DNA from: an uncultured Rickettsiales bacterium
Lineage (GTDB): Bacteria; Pseudomonadota; Alphaproteobacteria; Rs-D84
DNA length: 64,000 nucleotides
Assembly (NCBI GenBank): GCA_947176385.1
Contig: CAMWQN010000003.1
Span: forward strand, 3,230-67,229
Reading direction: 5' to 3'
Under the pieces are notes generated by a model. The model saw only the letters and a program-made list of their open reading frames with translations, made no database searches and was not told the origin of the DNA. The translations under genes were made by a program, and so were the position numbers. Below are positions 47,356 through 55,981 of the stretch, piece by piece (position 1 is the first letter of the stretch; every line of letters starts with the position of its first letter).

Positions 47356-48018
47356 ATGAACGTAAAAATTGAACAATCATGGAAAGATGCGCTGAGTACA
47401 GAATTTGATAAAGATTACTTTGTTAAATTAACTGATTTTGTGCGCGCAGAATATTTATCTGGAAAACCAGTCTATCCAGCCCCCGCAAATATTTTTAATG
47501 CGTTTAATTTGTGTCCATTGGATAATGTAAAGGTTGTTATTATCGGGCAGGACCCATATCACGAACCGGGTCAGGCACATGGGTTGTGTTTTTCTGTTTT
47601 GCCACCGACGGCGGTGCCACCAAGTCTGATAAACATTTACAAAGAAATAAAAAATGACCTGGGGCGTGACAGTGTGACACGTGGTGATTTGACATCATGG
47701 GCACAGCAGGGCGTATTGTTATTAAATGCGACATTGACAGTTCGTGCGCATGCGGCTGCATCACATACGGGTAAGGGTTGGGAACAATTTACCGATGCGG
47801 TTATTCGGACATTATCGACGCGTGAAAACATTGTGTATTTATTGTGGGGGTCATATGCACAGCGCAAGGCAGAATTTGTTGACCCGACAAAAAATCTGAT
47901 ATTGAAAAGTGTTCATCCATCGCCACTGTCGGCATCGCGTGGATTCTTTGGTAACCATCATTTTTCACGTGCAAATGAATATTTGGTGGCACATGGCAAA
48001 ACACCGATTGAATGGTAG
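47356..48018 (+). CDS. ung: Uracil-DNA glycosylase (family 1)
   Basis: 220 aa with GQDPYH, the GVLLLN region and the HPSPLS motif. Confidence 0.95.
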   Translation: MNVKIEQSWKDALSTEFDKDYFVKLTDFVRAEYLSGKPVYPAPANIFNAFNLCPLDNVKVVIIGQDPYHEPGQAHGLCFSVLPPTAVPPSLINIYKEIKNDLGRDSVTRGDLTSWAQQGVLLLNATLTVRAHAAASHTGKGWEQFTDAVIRTLSTRENIVYLLWGSYAQRKAEFVDPTKNLILKSVHPSPLSASRGFFGNHHFSRANEYLVAHGKTPIEW

Positions 48019-48025
48019 TAAATAT

Positions 48026-48054
48026 TTGCAAACAGCAATTTAATCCGATATAAT
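48026..48054 (+). promoter_or_regulatory. Near-consensus promoter of structured RNA copy 3
   Basis: TTGCAA (48026-48031), 17-nt spacer, TATAAT (48049-48054). The spacer differs by 1 nt from copy 1. Confidence 0.7.
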
Positions 48055-48060
48055 GTGTAT

Positions 48061-48219
48061 GCGCTGATGAATTGTCAGCGTGGGGTTTCAAAGCCTGTAA
48101 ATGTAGCGACTTCCAACTTGGTTGGAGGGTTGTGATATACATAAATAAACAACACTATTTGCTACATAATAGCTTTGAACCTCCAACCTCTGTATTTATT
48201 TACAGTGGTTTTATTTTTT
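48061..48219 (+). ncRNA. Candidate structured small RNA, paralog 3 of 3 (not followed by the GGGGGTG element)
   Basis: Aligns with 9775-9933 and ends with CTGTA-loop-TACAG plus TTTTATTTTTT. The second hairpin has a different sequence but is still self-complementary. Confidence 0.6.
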
Positions 48220-48232
48220 ATCATTGTTTTAT

Positions 48233-48793
48233 TTATTCAATGCAGCAGTTTACAGCATTGCGAACCCAGTTTTTTAACTTGCCCATTTTGCCGTCTGCAG
48301 GTGCGGTGACAACGTCTGTATCTTGTTTTGCGGCTTTGGTTTTCTGGGATGTTTTTACCCATTTTACATCTTTGACATCATCGCCCGACATAACCCCCAT
48401 ATTCAATCCCCAGAACATGCAATACAGACCGTATGAATCATCAAACAGGCTGTATGCTGTATCCTTGTCGCCGGCAGCCAGGGCTTTGGTTCCAACCTCG
48501 AACAATCGCATTGCGGATGCCAGCAAGTGCTTCGATATGCACCATACTTCGCCTTCGTATGATGGAATTATTTTCTGCATCATACGTTTACGCATTTCGC
48601 GTACTTCGTTTATCATATCGTAAAATTCTGTCTTGCCGGTTTTGGCACCCGAAAACATCAAGTGTTCTTCGATTGATATCAGGTTCATAATGCCGATTGT
48701 TAAATCTTGGTCGGATGACAGGTCTTTTGGATTCACCTTTTTCGCGGCATCCAGTTTTTCAACATATTCTTTTACGTTCTTGATTTTCTGCAT
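48233..48793 (-). CDS. Hypothetical protein (186 aa) ending in CCIE
   Basis: Long ORF with plausible coding character. No recognised domain. Confidence 0.45.
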   Translation of the reverse strand: MQKIKNVKEYVEKLDAAKKVNPKDLSSDQDLTIGIMNLISIEEHLMFSGAKTGKTEFYDMINEVREMRKRMMQKIIPSYEGEVWCISKHLLASAMRLFEVGTKALAAGDKDTAYSLFDDSYGLYCMFWGLNMGVMSGDDVKDVKWVKTSQKTKAAKQDTDVVTAPADGKMGKLKNWVRNAVNCCIE

Positions 48794-48821
48794 GGTGTTC
48801 TTTCCTTTCTGTTATTTTTTA

Positions 48822-49316
48822 TCAGCATGTTGTGGCAATCAGACTTGCAATTGACAAGACGACAATTGGCAAAACGACTTTTTCAAACGGGAAATGTGCA
48901 TGACCGTTGTTGCGTGCCTTCATAAAATCGTATGCTTTTTCTGTTACGATAAACAATATCGCACCAATAATTGTGCCGAATAATACCGGGTCAATGCGCA
49001 GGAATCCAAAATAACTGCATGGATTATATGGCGTTGTGCCCATATATATAAATCCAATCGATGCAACCGACAGGGCAAGTATTAATGCATTGCGACCAGG
49101 AAAACGCCAGCCACGTTTATCAAAAAACTTTATAATCCAATAACCCAATATCGCCAGAAATGCACCAACCCAAATGCCGGCAACCATGTCAGGCACACCC
49201 AGGCGATGCGCAATCGGTAATGCCGCGCCAATCGCAATTGTGCATACGGGGCATGCCGGATTTGCAAATGCAGACATTGGCAGTATGCACAAAATTGATG
49301 TTAATAATTTTTTCAT
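48822..49316 (-). CDS. Polytopic membrane protein with an N-terminal CPVC motif
   Basis: 164 aa with a signal-like N-terminus, CPVC at residues 22-25, about four TM helices and a C-terminal Cys. Confidence 0.5.
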   Translation of the reverse strand: MKKLLTSILCILPMSAFANPACPVCTIAIGAALPIAHRLGVPDMVAGIWVGAFLAILGYWIIKFFDKRGWRFPGRNALILALSVASIGFIYMGTTPYNPCSYFGFLRIDPVLFGTIIGAILFIVTEKAYDFMKARNNGHAHFPFEKVVLPIVVLSIASLIATTC

Positions 49317-49343
49317 ATTTCCTTTCCTTTTATTATATATATA

Positions 49344-49372
49344 AATCGATATATATAATAATCGATATATAT
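49344..49372. promoter_or_regulatory. Tandem AATCGATATATAT boxes in the divergent promoter region (possible ArsR-type operator)
   Basis: The 13-mer occurs at 49344-49356 and 49360-49372, between the CPVC membrane gene (-) and the tandem ArsR gene (+). Confidence 0.3.
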
Positions 49373-49442
49373 CAAAAAGTCAAAATATTTATTTGATACA
49401 TATCGCAATTATTGGTATAGATATTATCAAAGGGATGCAAGC

Positions 49443-50111
49443 ATGTCACGCAAGAATTCATTTGATGTTCATATTTCTGCGCCACTGCCGCTGGACGTTA
49501 TGATGCGTGCGGCAAATGGATTGTCATATGTTGCGCACCCGTTGCGACTGCGAATATTGGAATACTTGGATGTGTATGGCATGTCATCAGTATCTGCGAT
49601 TGCGCGTGGTGTTGGCGCAGAACAGGTCTTTGTTTCCCAATCACTGCGCAAAATGCGTGATGCGAATTTAGTCCGCACAACACGTCGTGGCGTATTTATT
49701 TACTATGAAATATGTGAAGAATATCCGGCAAGTATCTTTGTATGCCTGCGGAAATTATTCGGGCATATGACCGACCAGTTAAAATTTTTGCGCGATGGGT
49801 TTCGTGAAATATTACCAGCCGATTATACAACCATGGCGGCAAACCGTATAAAGTTATTTGCAAATGTGGATAAAATGCGGATATTGGAATACTTGATATA
49901 TAACGGTGAAACATGTGTTTGTGATATTGCGCATGCTACAAACATGTCGCAAATAAAAGCATCGCAATATCTGAAAAAATTATCAGACGATGATTTTGTT
50001 TCGTCCCGCAGGGCAGGGCGATTTGTGTATTATGATATAACCGCCGGTGTTCATAAAACAACAATCGGTTGCATCCATAAACGTTATGACCGTGTTGGTG
50101 CAGCGTTTTAG
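49443..50111 (+). CDS. Tandem-domain ArsR/SmtB-family transcriptional regulator
   Basis: 222 aa containing two winged-HTH ArsR-like modules (HPLRLRILEYL...; VDKMRILEYLIYNGETCVCDIA...). Confidence 0.7.
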   Translation: MSRKNSFDVHISAPLPLDVMMRAANGLSYVAHPLRLRILEYLDVYGMSSVSAIARGVGAEQVFVSQSLRKMRDANLVRTTRRGVFIYYEICEEYPASIFVCLRKLFGHMTDQLKFLRDGFREILPADYTTMAANRIKLFANVDKMRILEYLIYNGETCVCDIAHATNMSQIKASQYLKKLSDDDFVSSRRAGRFVYYDITAGVHKTTIGCIHKRYDRVGAAF

Positions 50112-50196
50112 GTTTTTATTTATTTTTTTGCTGTGAATCAGGCTTTGACAGCCGATGTTTGTGCAACGATGTGATAACCAAATCAAGGAGTATAAT

Positions 50197-50814
50197 ATGA
50201 TATATGGTTATATTCGTGTCAGCACAGATAGTCAAGATTGCGAAAATCAAAAGATAGGAATCGAATCAAAAGCCACATCATTGGGGCTGAAAATAGATAA
50301 ATACATAGAAGACGCGGGTGTGTCCGGAACCAAAGAACCGAATGAACGCGCGCTGGGTGGATGTCTGGCAAAACTGAAATCTGGTGATATATTGATTTGT
50401 TCGGAACTGTCCAGGCTGGGGCGCAAAATGTTTATGATTATGCGTATTCTGGAACATTGTATGAAATCTGGCGCCAAGGTTTATACAGTCAAAGATGGTT
50501 ATGAACTGGGGGATAATATTCAATCCAAGGTTATGGCATTTGCGTTTGGTCTGTCGGCTGAACTGGAAAGAGAGTTGATTAGCCAGCGGACAAAAGAGGC
50601 TCTGTTTCGGTTAAAAAAACAAGGCAAAAAACTGGGGCGCGAATACGGCAGCCGGAACAAAAAACGCAAACTGGATGACAAAACCGAAATAATAAATGAT
50701 TTATTGCTGAAAAAGGTCCCAAAAACAGCCATAGCAAAACGGTTAAAAGTAAGTGAACCAACGCTTTACAGGTTTATTTCTTTGCAAAAATCTAATATTC
50801 AAACGAACCTTTGA
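50197..50814 (+). CDS. Small serine recombinase (resolvase/invertase family)
   Basis: MIYGYIRVSTDSQ catalytic-serine N-terminus, SRLGR motif and a C-terminal HTH (KTAIAKRLKVSEPTLYRF). AAGGAG RBS upstream of ATG 50197. Confidence 0.85.
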   Translation: MIYGYIRVSTDSQDCENQKIGIESKATSLGLKIDKYIEDAGVSGTKEPNERALGGCLAKLKSGDILICSELSRLGRKMFMIMRILEHCMKSGAKVYTVKDGYELGDNIQSKVMAFAFGLSAELERELISQRTKEALFRLKKQGKKLGREYGSRNKKRKLDDKTEIINDLLLKKVPKTAIAKRLKVSEPTLYRFISLQKSNIQTNL

Positions 50815-50924
50815 TTTTTATCTTTACCATTAGGAATGGTATCGTATAAATCCGGGAAAAGCAAGCCCATCACAGTCTATTTTTCATACGTTCCTTAGTT
50901 TTTAAGGGGGCTGGTCTTTTTATC

Positions 50925-51000
50925 AATTCATGGGGGTGCGACATATCGCAAGACTGTCGGAATTAGGATGCTTGGTCCTGGTTGTTTGAACGCCCCCAAC
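50925..51000 (+). repeat. GGGGGTG...CCCCCAAC repeat element, copy A (left flank of the 8.8-kb island)
   Basis: AATTCATGGGGGTGCG...GCTTGGTCCTGGTTGTTTGAACGCCCCCAAC. It shares its 5' and 3' ends with 59827-59940 and several blocks (GGGGGTGCG, AGACTGT, CCCCAACCA) with 9937-9998. Confidence 0.6.
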
Positions 51001-51022
51001 CAAGATGATATTAAAAGAAAAT

Positions 51023-52195
51023 ATGGCAACCAATATGAAACATAATAAAACAGCAGTTGCATTTTGTATTCCCAATATGGTTATTGGTGGTGTGGAATTT
51101 GTGTTTATACGAACATTGGCAGAATTGCTGAAACATAAAGATTTGGAAATATCCGTTATGTTTTCCAGTCCACTGACAGAACCTGTCTTTATAGAATGGT
51201 TTAATGCACATCCGCAAATTAAAACGTATGTTGTTTTTCCATTGTGTCAGAAATTTGAAGCACTGAAAGATAAATGTGATTTCTTTCCGTTAAAACAACT
51301 GCGGAAACTGGTATTCAGTTTTTATAAAAATATAAAACGGTTTCAATTGGCGCACAGTGCATTCATTAAAAAGCAGGATATTATCATAGACTATGCCAGT
51401 TTTGGTTTTATCAAGGAACTACGCCATATTAAAAAGCCGAAATTTACCTGGGTGCATTGCTCTATCAATTACTTTAATGACCATAAATTTTATCCAATGA
51501 CAAAGCATTACGATAAACTTGTCGTGCTGAGTGATTCAATCCGCCAGGATTTAACCAAGCAATATCCGGATTTGGAACATAAATTAGTTCATATCTATAA
51601 CCCAATAAACACAGATGAAATTTTGGCAAAATTAGATAAAGCAACTATACCGGACGGTAAATATTTTACATGCGTATCGCGTTTGGATTATGACAAAGAT
51701 ATTCCAACATTGATAAATGCATTTAATATCTTTTGGATGGGTGCTGGGCAGCCTGATGTCAAACTGTATATCGTCGGCGGTGGTCCCAAGGAAAAAGAAT
51801 TCAAGACACTTGCCGCTGGGACAGATGCCAAAAACAATATAATCTTTACCGGTGCGCAACCAAATCCGTTTGGATATATGTCGGGCGCTATGGCGCATAT
51901 CTTATCAAGTTATAACGAAGGCTTGCCCACAGTATTAATCGAGGCAGCCACCGTCGGTACATTAAATATATCGTCTGATTGTAAATCAGGTCCACGCGAA
52001 ATATTACTGAATGGGCATGGCGGATTATTATTTGAACCGGGAAATGTTGATGCGTTGGCACAAGTAATGTCAGATGTCTGGCACAAACAGATTGATACCC
52101 GGACTTTGATTTCAAATATGACTAATTCATTGAAACGTTTTGAACCAAAATCAATCGCAAGCCAGATTGTCAAATTAGTAAATACAGTAAAATAA
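51023..52195 (+). CDS. Glycosyltransferase family 4 (GT-B fold)
   Basis: C-terminal EGLPTVLIEAATVG (E-x7-E region). An alternative upstream start is at 51005. Confidence 0.75.
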   Translation: MATNMKHNKTAVAFCIPNMVIGGVEFVFIRTLAELLKHKDLEISVMFSSPLTEPVFIEWFNAHPQIKTYVVFPLCQKFEALKDKCDFFPLKQLRKLVFSFYKNIKRFQLAHSAFIKKQDIIIDYASFGFIKELRHIKKPKFTWVHCSINYFNDHKFYPMTKHYDKLVVLSDSIRQDLTKQYPDLEHKLVHIYNPINTDEILAKLDKATIPDGKYFTCVSRLDYDKDIPTLINAFNIFWMGAGQPDVKLYIVGGGPKEKEFKTLAAGTDAKNNIIFTGAQPNPFGYMSGAMAHILSSYNEGLPTVLIEAATVGTLNISSDCKSGPREILLNGHGGLLFEPGNVDALAQVMSDVWHKQIDTRTLISNMTNSLKRFEPKSIASQIVKLVNTVK

Positions 52196-52207
52196 GGATG
52201 AAATATC

Positions 52208-53287
52208 ATGGCTGTATACGTCACAAAATCTTTTATGCCACCACTAGACGAATATAATAAATATGTGGTCGGTATATTTGAACGCGCTATTTTGACAAAT
52301 CAGGGTCCAAATGTTCAAGAACTGCAACAGAAATTATCGTGTTTTCTGGATGTTCAGAATTTTCATTATTTGTCTAATGGAACGGTTGCATTACAATTGG
52401 CTTTATCGGCGTTGGATATAAATGATGGCGAAATTATAACAACACCATTTTCGTATGTTGCTACAACATCATCGGTATTATGGCAACAGTGTAAACCTGT
52501 GTTTGTTGATATTGAACCTAATAATTTTACCATTGATGTGGATAAAATTGAATCCGCAATAACGGATAAGACACGTGCTATTATGGCTGTGCATGTATTT
52601 GGGTATGCATGTGATGTGGATAAGATCCAAAAAATTGCCGATAAATACGGGTTAAAGGTTATTTATGACGGCGCACATGCTTTTGGTGCACGCTATAAAG
52701 GAAAATCATTGTTATCATATGGCGATATATCCACATGCTCGTTCCATGCAACCAAATTGTTTCATACCATAGAAGGTGGCGCATGTATAGTCCGCGATAA
52801 AGCCGTGTCTGACAAACTGGAATTACAAAAACGGTTTGGTCATAATGGCGATGAGCATTATATGTTGGGTATAAATGCGAAACAGTCTGAATTTCATGCT
52901 GCAATGGGACTGGCTAATTTTCCATATATCAAAGACATAATTGCCGACCGCAAGCGTGTATCGGATACGTATGATAAATTGTTGGTCGGTTGTGTCGGGC
53001 GTCCACAGGAACAGGTAGAATTGGAATATAACTATGCCTATTACCCGGTGGTGTTCAAAAGTGAGGATGAATTATTAAAAGTGTTTGCTGCATTAAATGC
53101 ACAGGATATTTTCCCACGTCGTTATTTTTACCCCAGCTTAAACAAATTACCATACGTTGATGATGTACCATGTCCAATATCCGAAGATATATCGTCGCGT
53201 ATTGCGTGCTTGCCACTGTATGTTGGGTTATCTGACAACATTATTCAAATAATTTGCAAAACAATAAAACAGGTATGCGGAAGATGA
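52208..53287 (+). CDS. DegT/DnrJ/EryC1/StrS-family sugar aminotransferase
   Basis: 359 aa with a PLP-lysine region (SFHATKLF) and the family N-terminus (SFMPPLDEY...LTNQGPNVQELQ). Confidence 0.85.
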   Translation: MAVYVTKSFMPPLDEYNKYVVGIFERAILTNQGPNVQELQQKLSCFLDVQNFHYLSNGTVALQLALSALDINDGEIITTPFSYVATTSSVLWQQCKPVFVDIEPNNFTIDVDKIESAITDKTRAIMAVHVFGYACDVDKIQKIADKYGLKVIYDGAHAFGARYKGKSLLSYGDISTCSFHATKLFHTIEGGACIVRDKAVSDKLELQKRFGHNGDEHYMLGINAKQSEFHAAMGLANFPYIKDIIADRKRVSDTYDKLLVGCVGRPQEQVELEYNYAYYPVVFKSEDELLKVFAALNAQDIFPRRYFYPSLNKLPYVDDVPCPISEDISSRIACLPLYVGLSDNIIQIICKTIKQVCGR

Positions 53288-54270
53288 AAAATAATAAACC
53301 AAAAGTTTCTGTTATTTGTATGACATATAATCATAAAAACTTTATTCGCCAGGCACTGGATGGTTTTGTTATGCAAAAAACAAAATTTCCTTTTGAGGTC
53401 ATCATTCACGATGATGCATCAACTGATGGGGCAACTGATATTATTCGCGAATACGCAGAAAAATATCCGGATATTATCAAACCAATATTGCAAACTGAAA
53501 ATCAATGGTCTCGAGGAATATCTATCAGTCAAAATTACATTTGGCCCAATATTTGCGGACAATACGTTGCAGTTTGTGATGGTGATGATTATTGGACGGA
53601 TCCGTACAAATTACAAAAACAGGTTGATTTCCTGGACAAGCATCCGGATTATAGCATATGTTTCCATCCTGTTGTTGTGTTTTGGGATGATAACAGCCAA
53701 CCAGAAACAGTATATCCCAGACGTAACAAAGAATTAACATTACAGGAATTGATGTTTAAAGGTGGAATTACAAATTGCAGTGTTATGTATCGTTGGTCAG
53801 ATCCAACAAATCAATGGTCGAAAAATATTTATCCTGGGGATTGGTTTCTGCATCTTTTGCATGCTAAACGTGGCAGAATTAAATTTATGCCGCAAGTTAT
53901 GGCACGGTACAGACGGCAACCTACGGGTATTTCTTTTTCAGAAACATCAGGGGCAGATGCACTGTCGCGACGGTGGGGATTACATCAAGTAAACTTTTTT
54001 AATGCGGTCGAAAAACAAATTGCGCCGAATAATGATCAGTATCATCAATATGCGTGCCGACGTGTCCGTGAAATCATAACAGCATATGCTGTAAATGGTG
54101 AATTTGATAAAGTCAATCAAATCTTGTCAATATATCCCGATGCAAAAAATGTATATCCAATCAATGATAACACAGAAACAAAAAAATGGCAAAAACGCTT
54201 TAACCGTGTATTGGCGGTCAGCATTATAATAATTGCAACACTAATAATAGCAGGAGTAGCATTGTTATGA
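53284..54270 (+). CDS. Glycosyltransferase family 2 with a C-terminal TM anchor
   Basis: VSVICMTYNHKNFIRQALDG...HDDASTDG, plus a DGDD-type (CDGDDYW) DxD motif. ATGA overlap with the upstream gene. Confidence 0.8.
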   Translation: MKNNKPKVSVICMTYNHKNFIRQALDGFVMQKTKFPFEVIIHDDASTDGATDIIREYAEKYPDIIKPILQTENQWSRGISISQNYIWPNICGQYVAVCDGDDYWTDPYKLQKQVDFLDKHPDYSICFHPVVVFWDDNSQPETVYPRRNKELTLQELMFKGGITNCSVMYRWSDPTNQWSKNIYPGDWFLHLLHAKRGRIKFMPQVMARYRRQPTGISFSETSGADALSRRWGLHQVNFFNAVEKQIAPNNDQYHQYACRRVREIITAYAVNGEFDKVNQILSIYPDAKNVYPINDNTETKKWQKRFNRVLAVSIIIIATLIIAGVALL

Positions 54271-54965
54271 AAATTGGAATAATGCAACCTTACTTTTTCC
54301 CATATTTAGGTTATTGGCAAACACTTAATGCCGTGGATAAATATGTAATATATGATGACGTTAATTATATCAAAAACGGCTGGATAAATCGCAATAACAT
54401 TTTGTTAAACGGTCAGAAACATATGCTGACAATCCCGTTGGATGGGGCATCGCCGTTTTTACCAATAAACCAGGTGAAAATCACATCACGTGATAAGGAT
54501 AAAGAAAAGTTGCTGAAAACAGTTGAACAGGCATATAAAAAGGCTCCTTATTTCAATGACGTTTTCCCAATAGTTTGTGACGTTGTCATGGAAGATACAT
54601 GTTTGATAACAAACGCATTGATTAAACAATTCAAGCTAGTATGTAAATACCTAGATATAAAAACAGAATTGATTGTGTCATCAACACTACAAAAAGATAA
54701 CGCTTTAAAGGCACAAGACAAGGTTATTCATATATGCAAATTGTTGGGTGGTACACACTACATCAATGCCATAGGCGGTCAAGAATTGTACAGTTTTGAA
54801 GATTTTAAGAAAAATGATCTGGTGTTATCATTTTTACAAACCCAATTTACCCCATATAAGCAATTTAAAAATGAGTTTATGCCAGGGTTATCTATGATAG
54901 ACATATTAATGTTCAATGATATTGCACATATTAAAGATATGCTAAATCAATACAAATTAAGATAA
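54267..54965 (+). CDS. WbqC-family protein
   Basis: MKIGIMQPYFFPYLGYWQ is the hallmark WbqC N-terminus. The start overlaps the GT2 stop. Confidence 0.8.
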   Translation: MKIGIMQPYFFPYLGYWQTLNAVDKYVIYDDVNYIKNGWINRNNILLNGQKHMLTIPLDGASPFLPINQVKITSRDKDKEKLLKTVEQAYKKAPYFNDVFPIVCDVVMEDTCLITNALIKQFKLVCKYLDIKTELIVSSTLQKDNALKAQDKVIHICKLLGGTHYINAIGGQELYSFEDFKKNDLVLSFLQTQFTPYKQFKNEFMPGLSMIDILMFNDIAHIKDMLNQYKLR

Positions 54966-54981
54966 CAAAAAGGTAACTATT

Positions 54982-55950
54982 ATGAATATTTTAATTATTG
55001 GCGCTTTTGGAATGTTGGGACAATATTTAGCCAAGGAATTATTAAATGCAGGTCATAATGTTGTATTAACAGGCAGGAAAATACCAACCGATAAAATAAT
55101 AGATAAAAATGTTTCTTATGCATTAATCGATATAACACAGCCAGAAACTTTTAAGAATGTAGAAAATAAAACATTTGATTCTGTGGTACATTTGGCAGGG
55201 ATTATGCCGGCAACTATGGCCAAGTATTCACCAGAACAATATTTCCTTGTCAATTCTATAGGAACATTGAATGTGTTAGAATTTTGCAGAACAAATAATG
55301 TAAAACAAATAATATTTACCCAGACACATAGTGATTTATCAGGACATTGGGGGCAATCAGATCCGATAGATCCCTATGCTCCAGTTAATTTTACATATGG
55401 TAACGATCATACAATATACAGCATATCCAAAAGAGCAGCAATGGATATAATTAAGCATTATAACGCGTTATGTGGATTAAAATATGCTATATTCCGGTGT
55501 CCAAATATATATTCTTGGCATCAAAATGATTTTTTTTATGTTGATTCAGTAAAACAAGAAATCGGCTGGAGAAAAATCATCAAAAAGGCATTAAATTCAG
55601 AAGATATTGAAATCTGGGGAGATGCCGGCACTAGAAAAGATTTGATGTATGTAAAAGATTTGACATGGATGATAAGAACCGCCATAGAAAAGCAAATTGA
55701 ACACAGTGTATATAATGCAGCAAATGGTGAATCATCTTCTCTCAAAGAACAAATGTTAACAATTGCAAAAATCTTTAATCCTAGTGATAAACCATCAAAA
55801 ATAATTTATAGACCTGATAAAAAAGTAAAATTGAACAATCATCATTACTGCATTGATAATGCTGTTAAAGAATTAGGATACAAGCCAAAATATTTCCTTA
55901 AGGAAATGTTTGAAGATATGAAAAAAGAAATGGAATTTGAAAACCGGTAA
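54982..55950 (+). CDS. NAD-dependent sugar epimerase/dehydratase (SDR family)
   Basis: ILIIGAFGMLGQYL (GxxGxxG) and YSISK (YxxxK). Confidence 0.8.
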   Translation: MNILIIGAFGMLGQYLAKELLNAGHNVVLTGRKIPTDKIIDKNVSYALIDITQPETFKNVENKTFDSVVHLAGIMPATMAKYSPEQYFLVNSIGTLNVLEFCRTNNVKQIIFTQTHSDLSGHWGQSDPIDPYAPVNFTYGNDHTIYSISKRAAMDIIKHYNALCGLKYAIFRCPNIYSWHQNDFFYVDSVKQEIGWRKIIKKALNSEDIEIWGDAGTRKDLMYVKDLTWMIRTAIEKQIEHSVYNAANGESSSLKEQMLTIAKIFNPSDKPSKIIYRPDKKVKLNNHHYCIDNAVKELGYKPKYFLKEMFEDMKKEMEFENR

Positions 55951-55966
55951 TTTGCATTACCGGTTC
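55942..55966. terminator. Perfect 10-bp hairpin between convergent genes (epimerase / tail-fibre-like)
   Basis: AACCGGTAAT-TTGC-ATTACCGGTT. It includes the epimerase stop codon. Confidence 0.6.
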
Positions 55967-55981
55967 TGCATTTATATATAT

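Noticed and set aside
50925-51000. Element A, which ends in CCCCCAACCA, considered as a tRNA or tmRNA 3' fragment (att site remnant).
   Set aside because: No T-arm (GGTTCGAATCC-like) or acceptor/T-stem geometry could be built. The resemblance is limited to a C-run followed by ACCA.
51005-51022. The longer N-terminus (MILKEN...) for the GT4 glycosyltransferase, starting immediately after repeat element A.
   Set aside because: The choice between ATG 51005 and ATG 51023 cannot be resolved from sequence alone. The shorter form was listed and the alternative noted.
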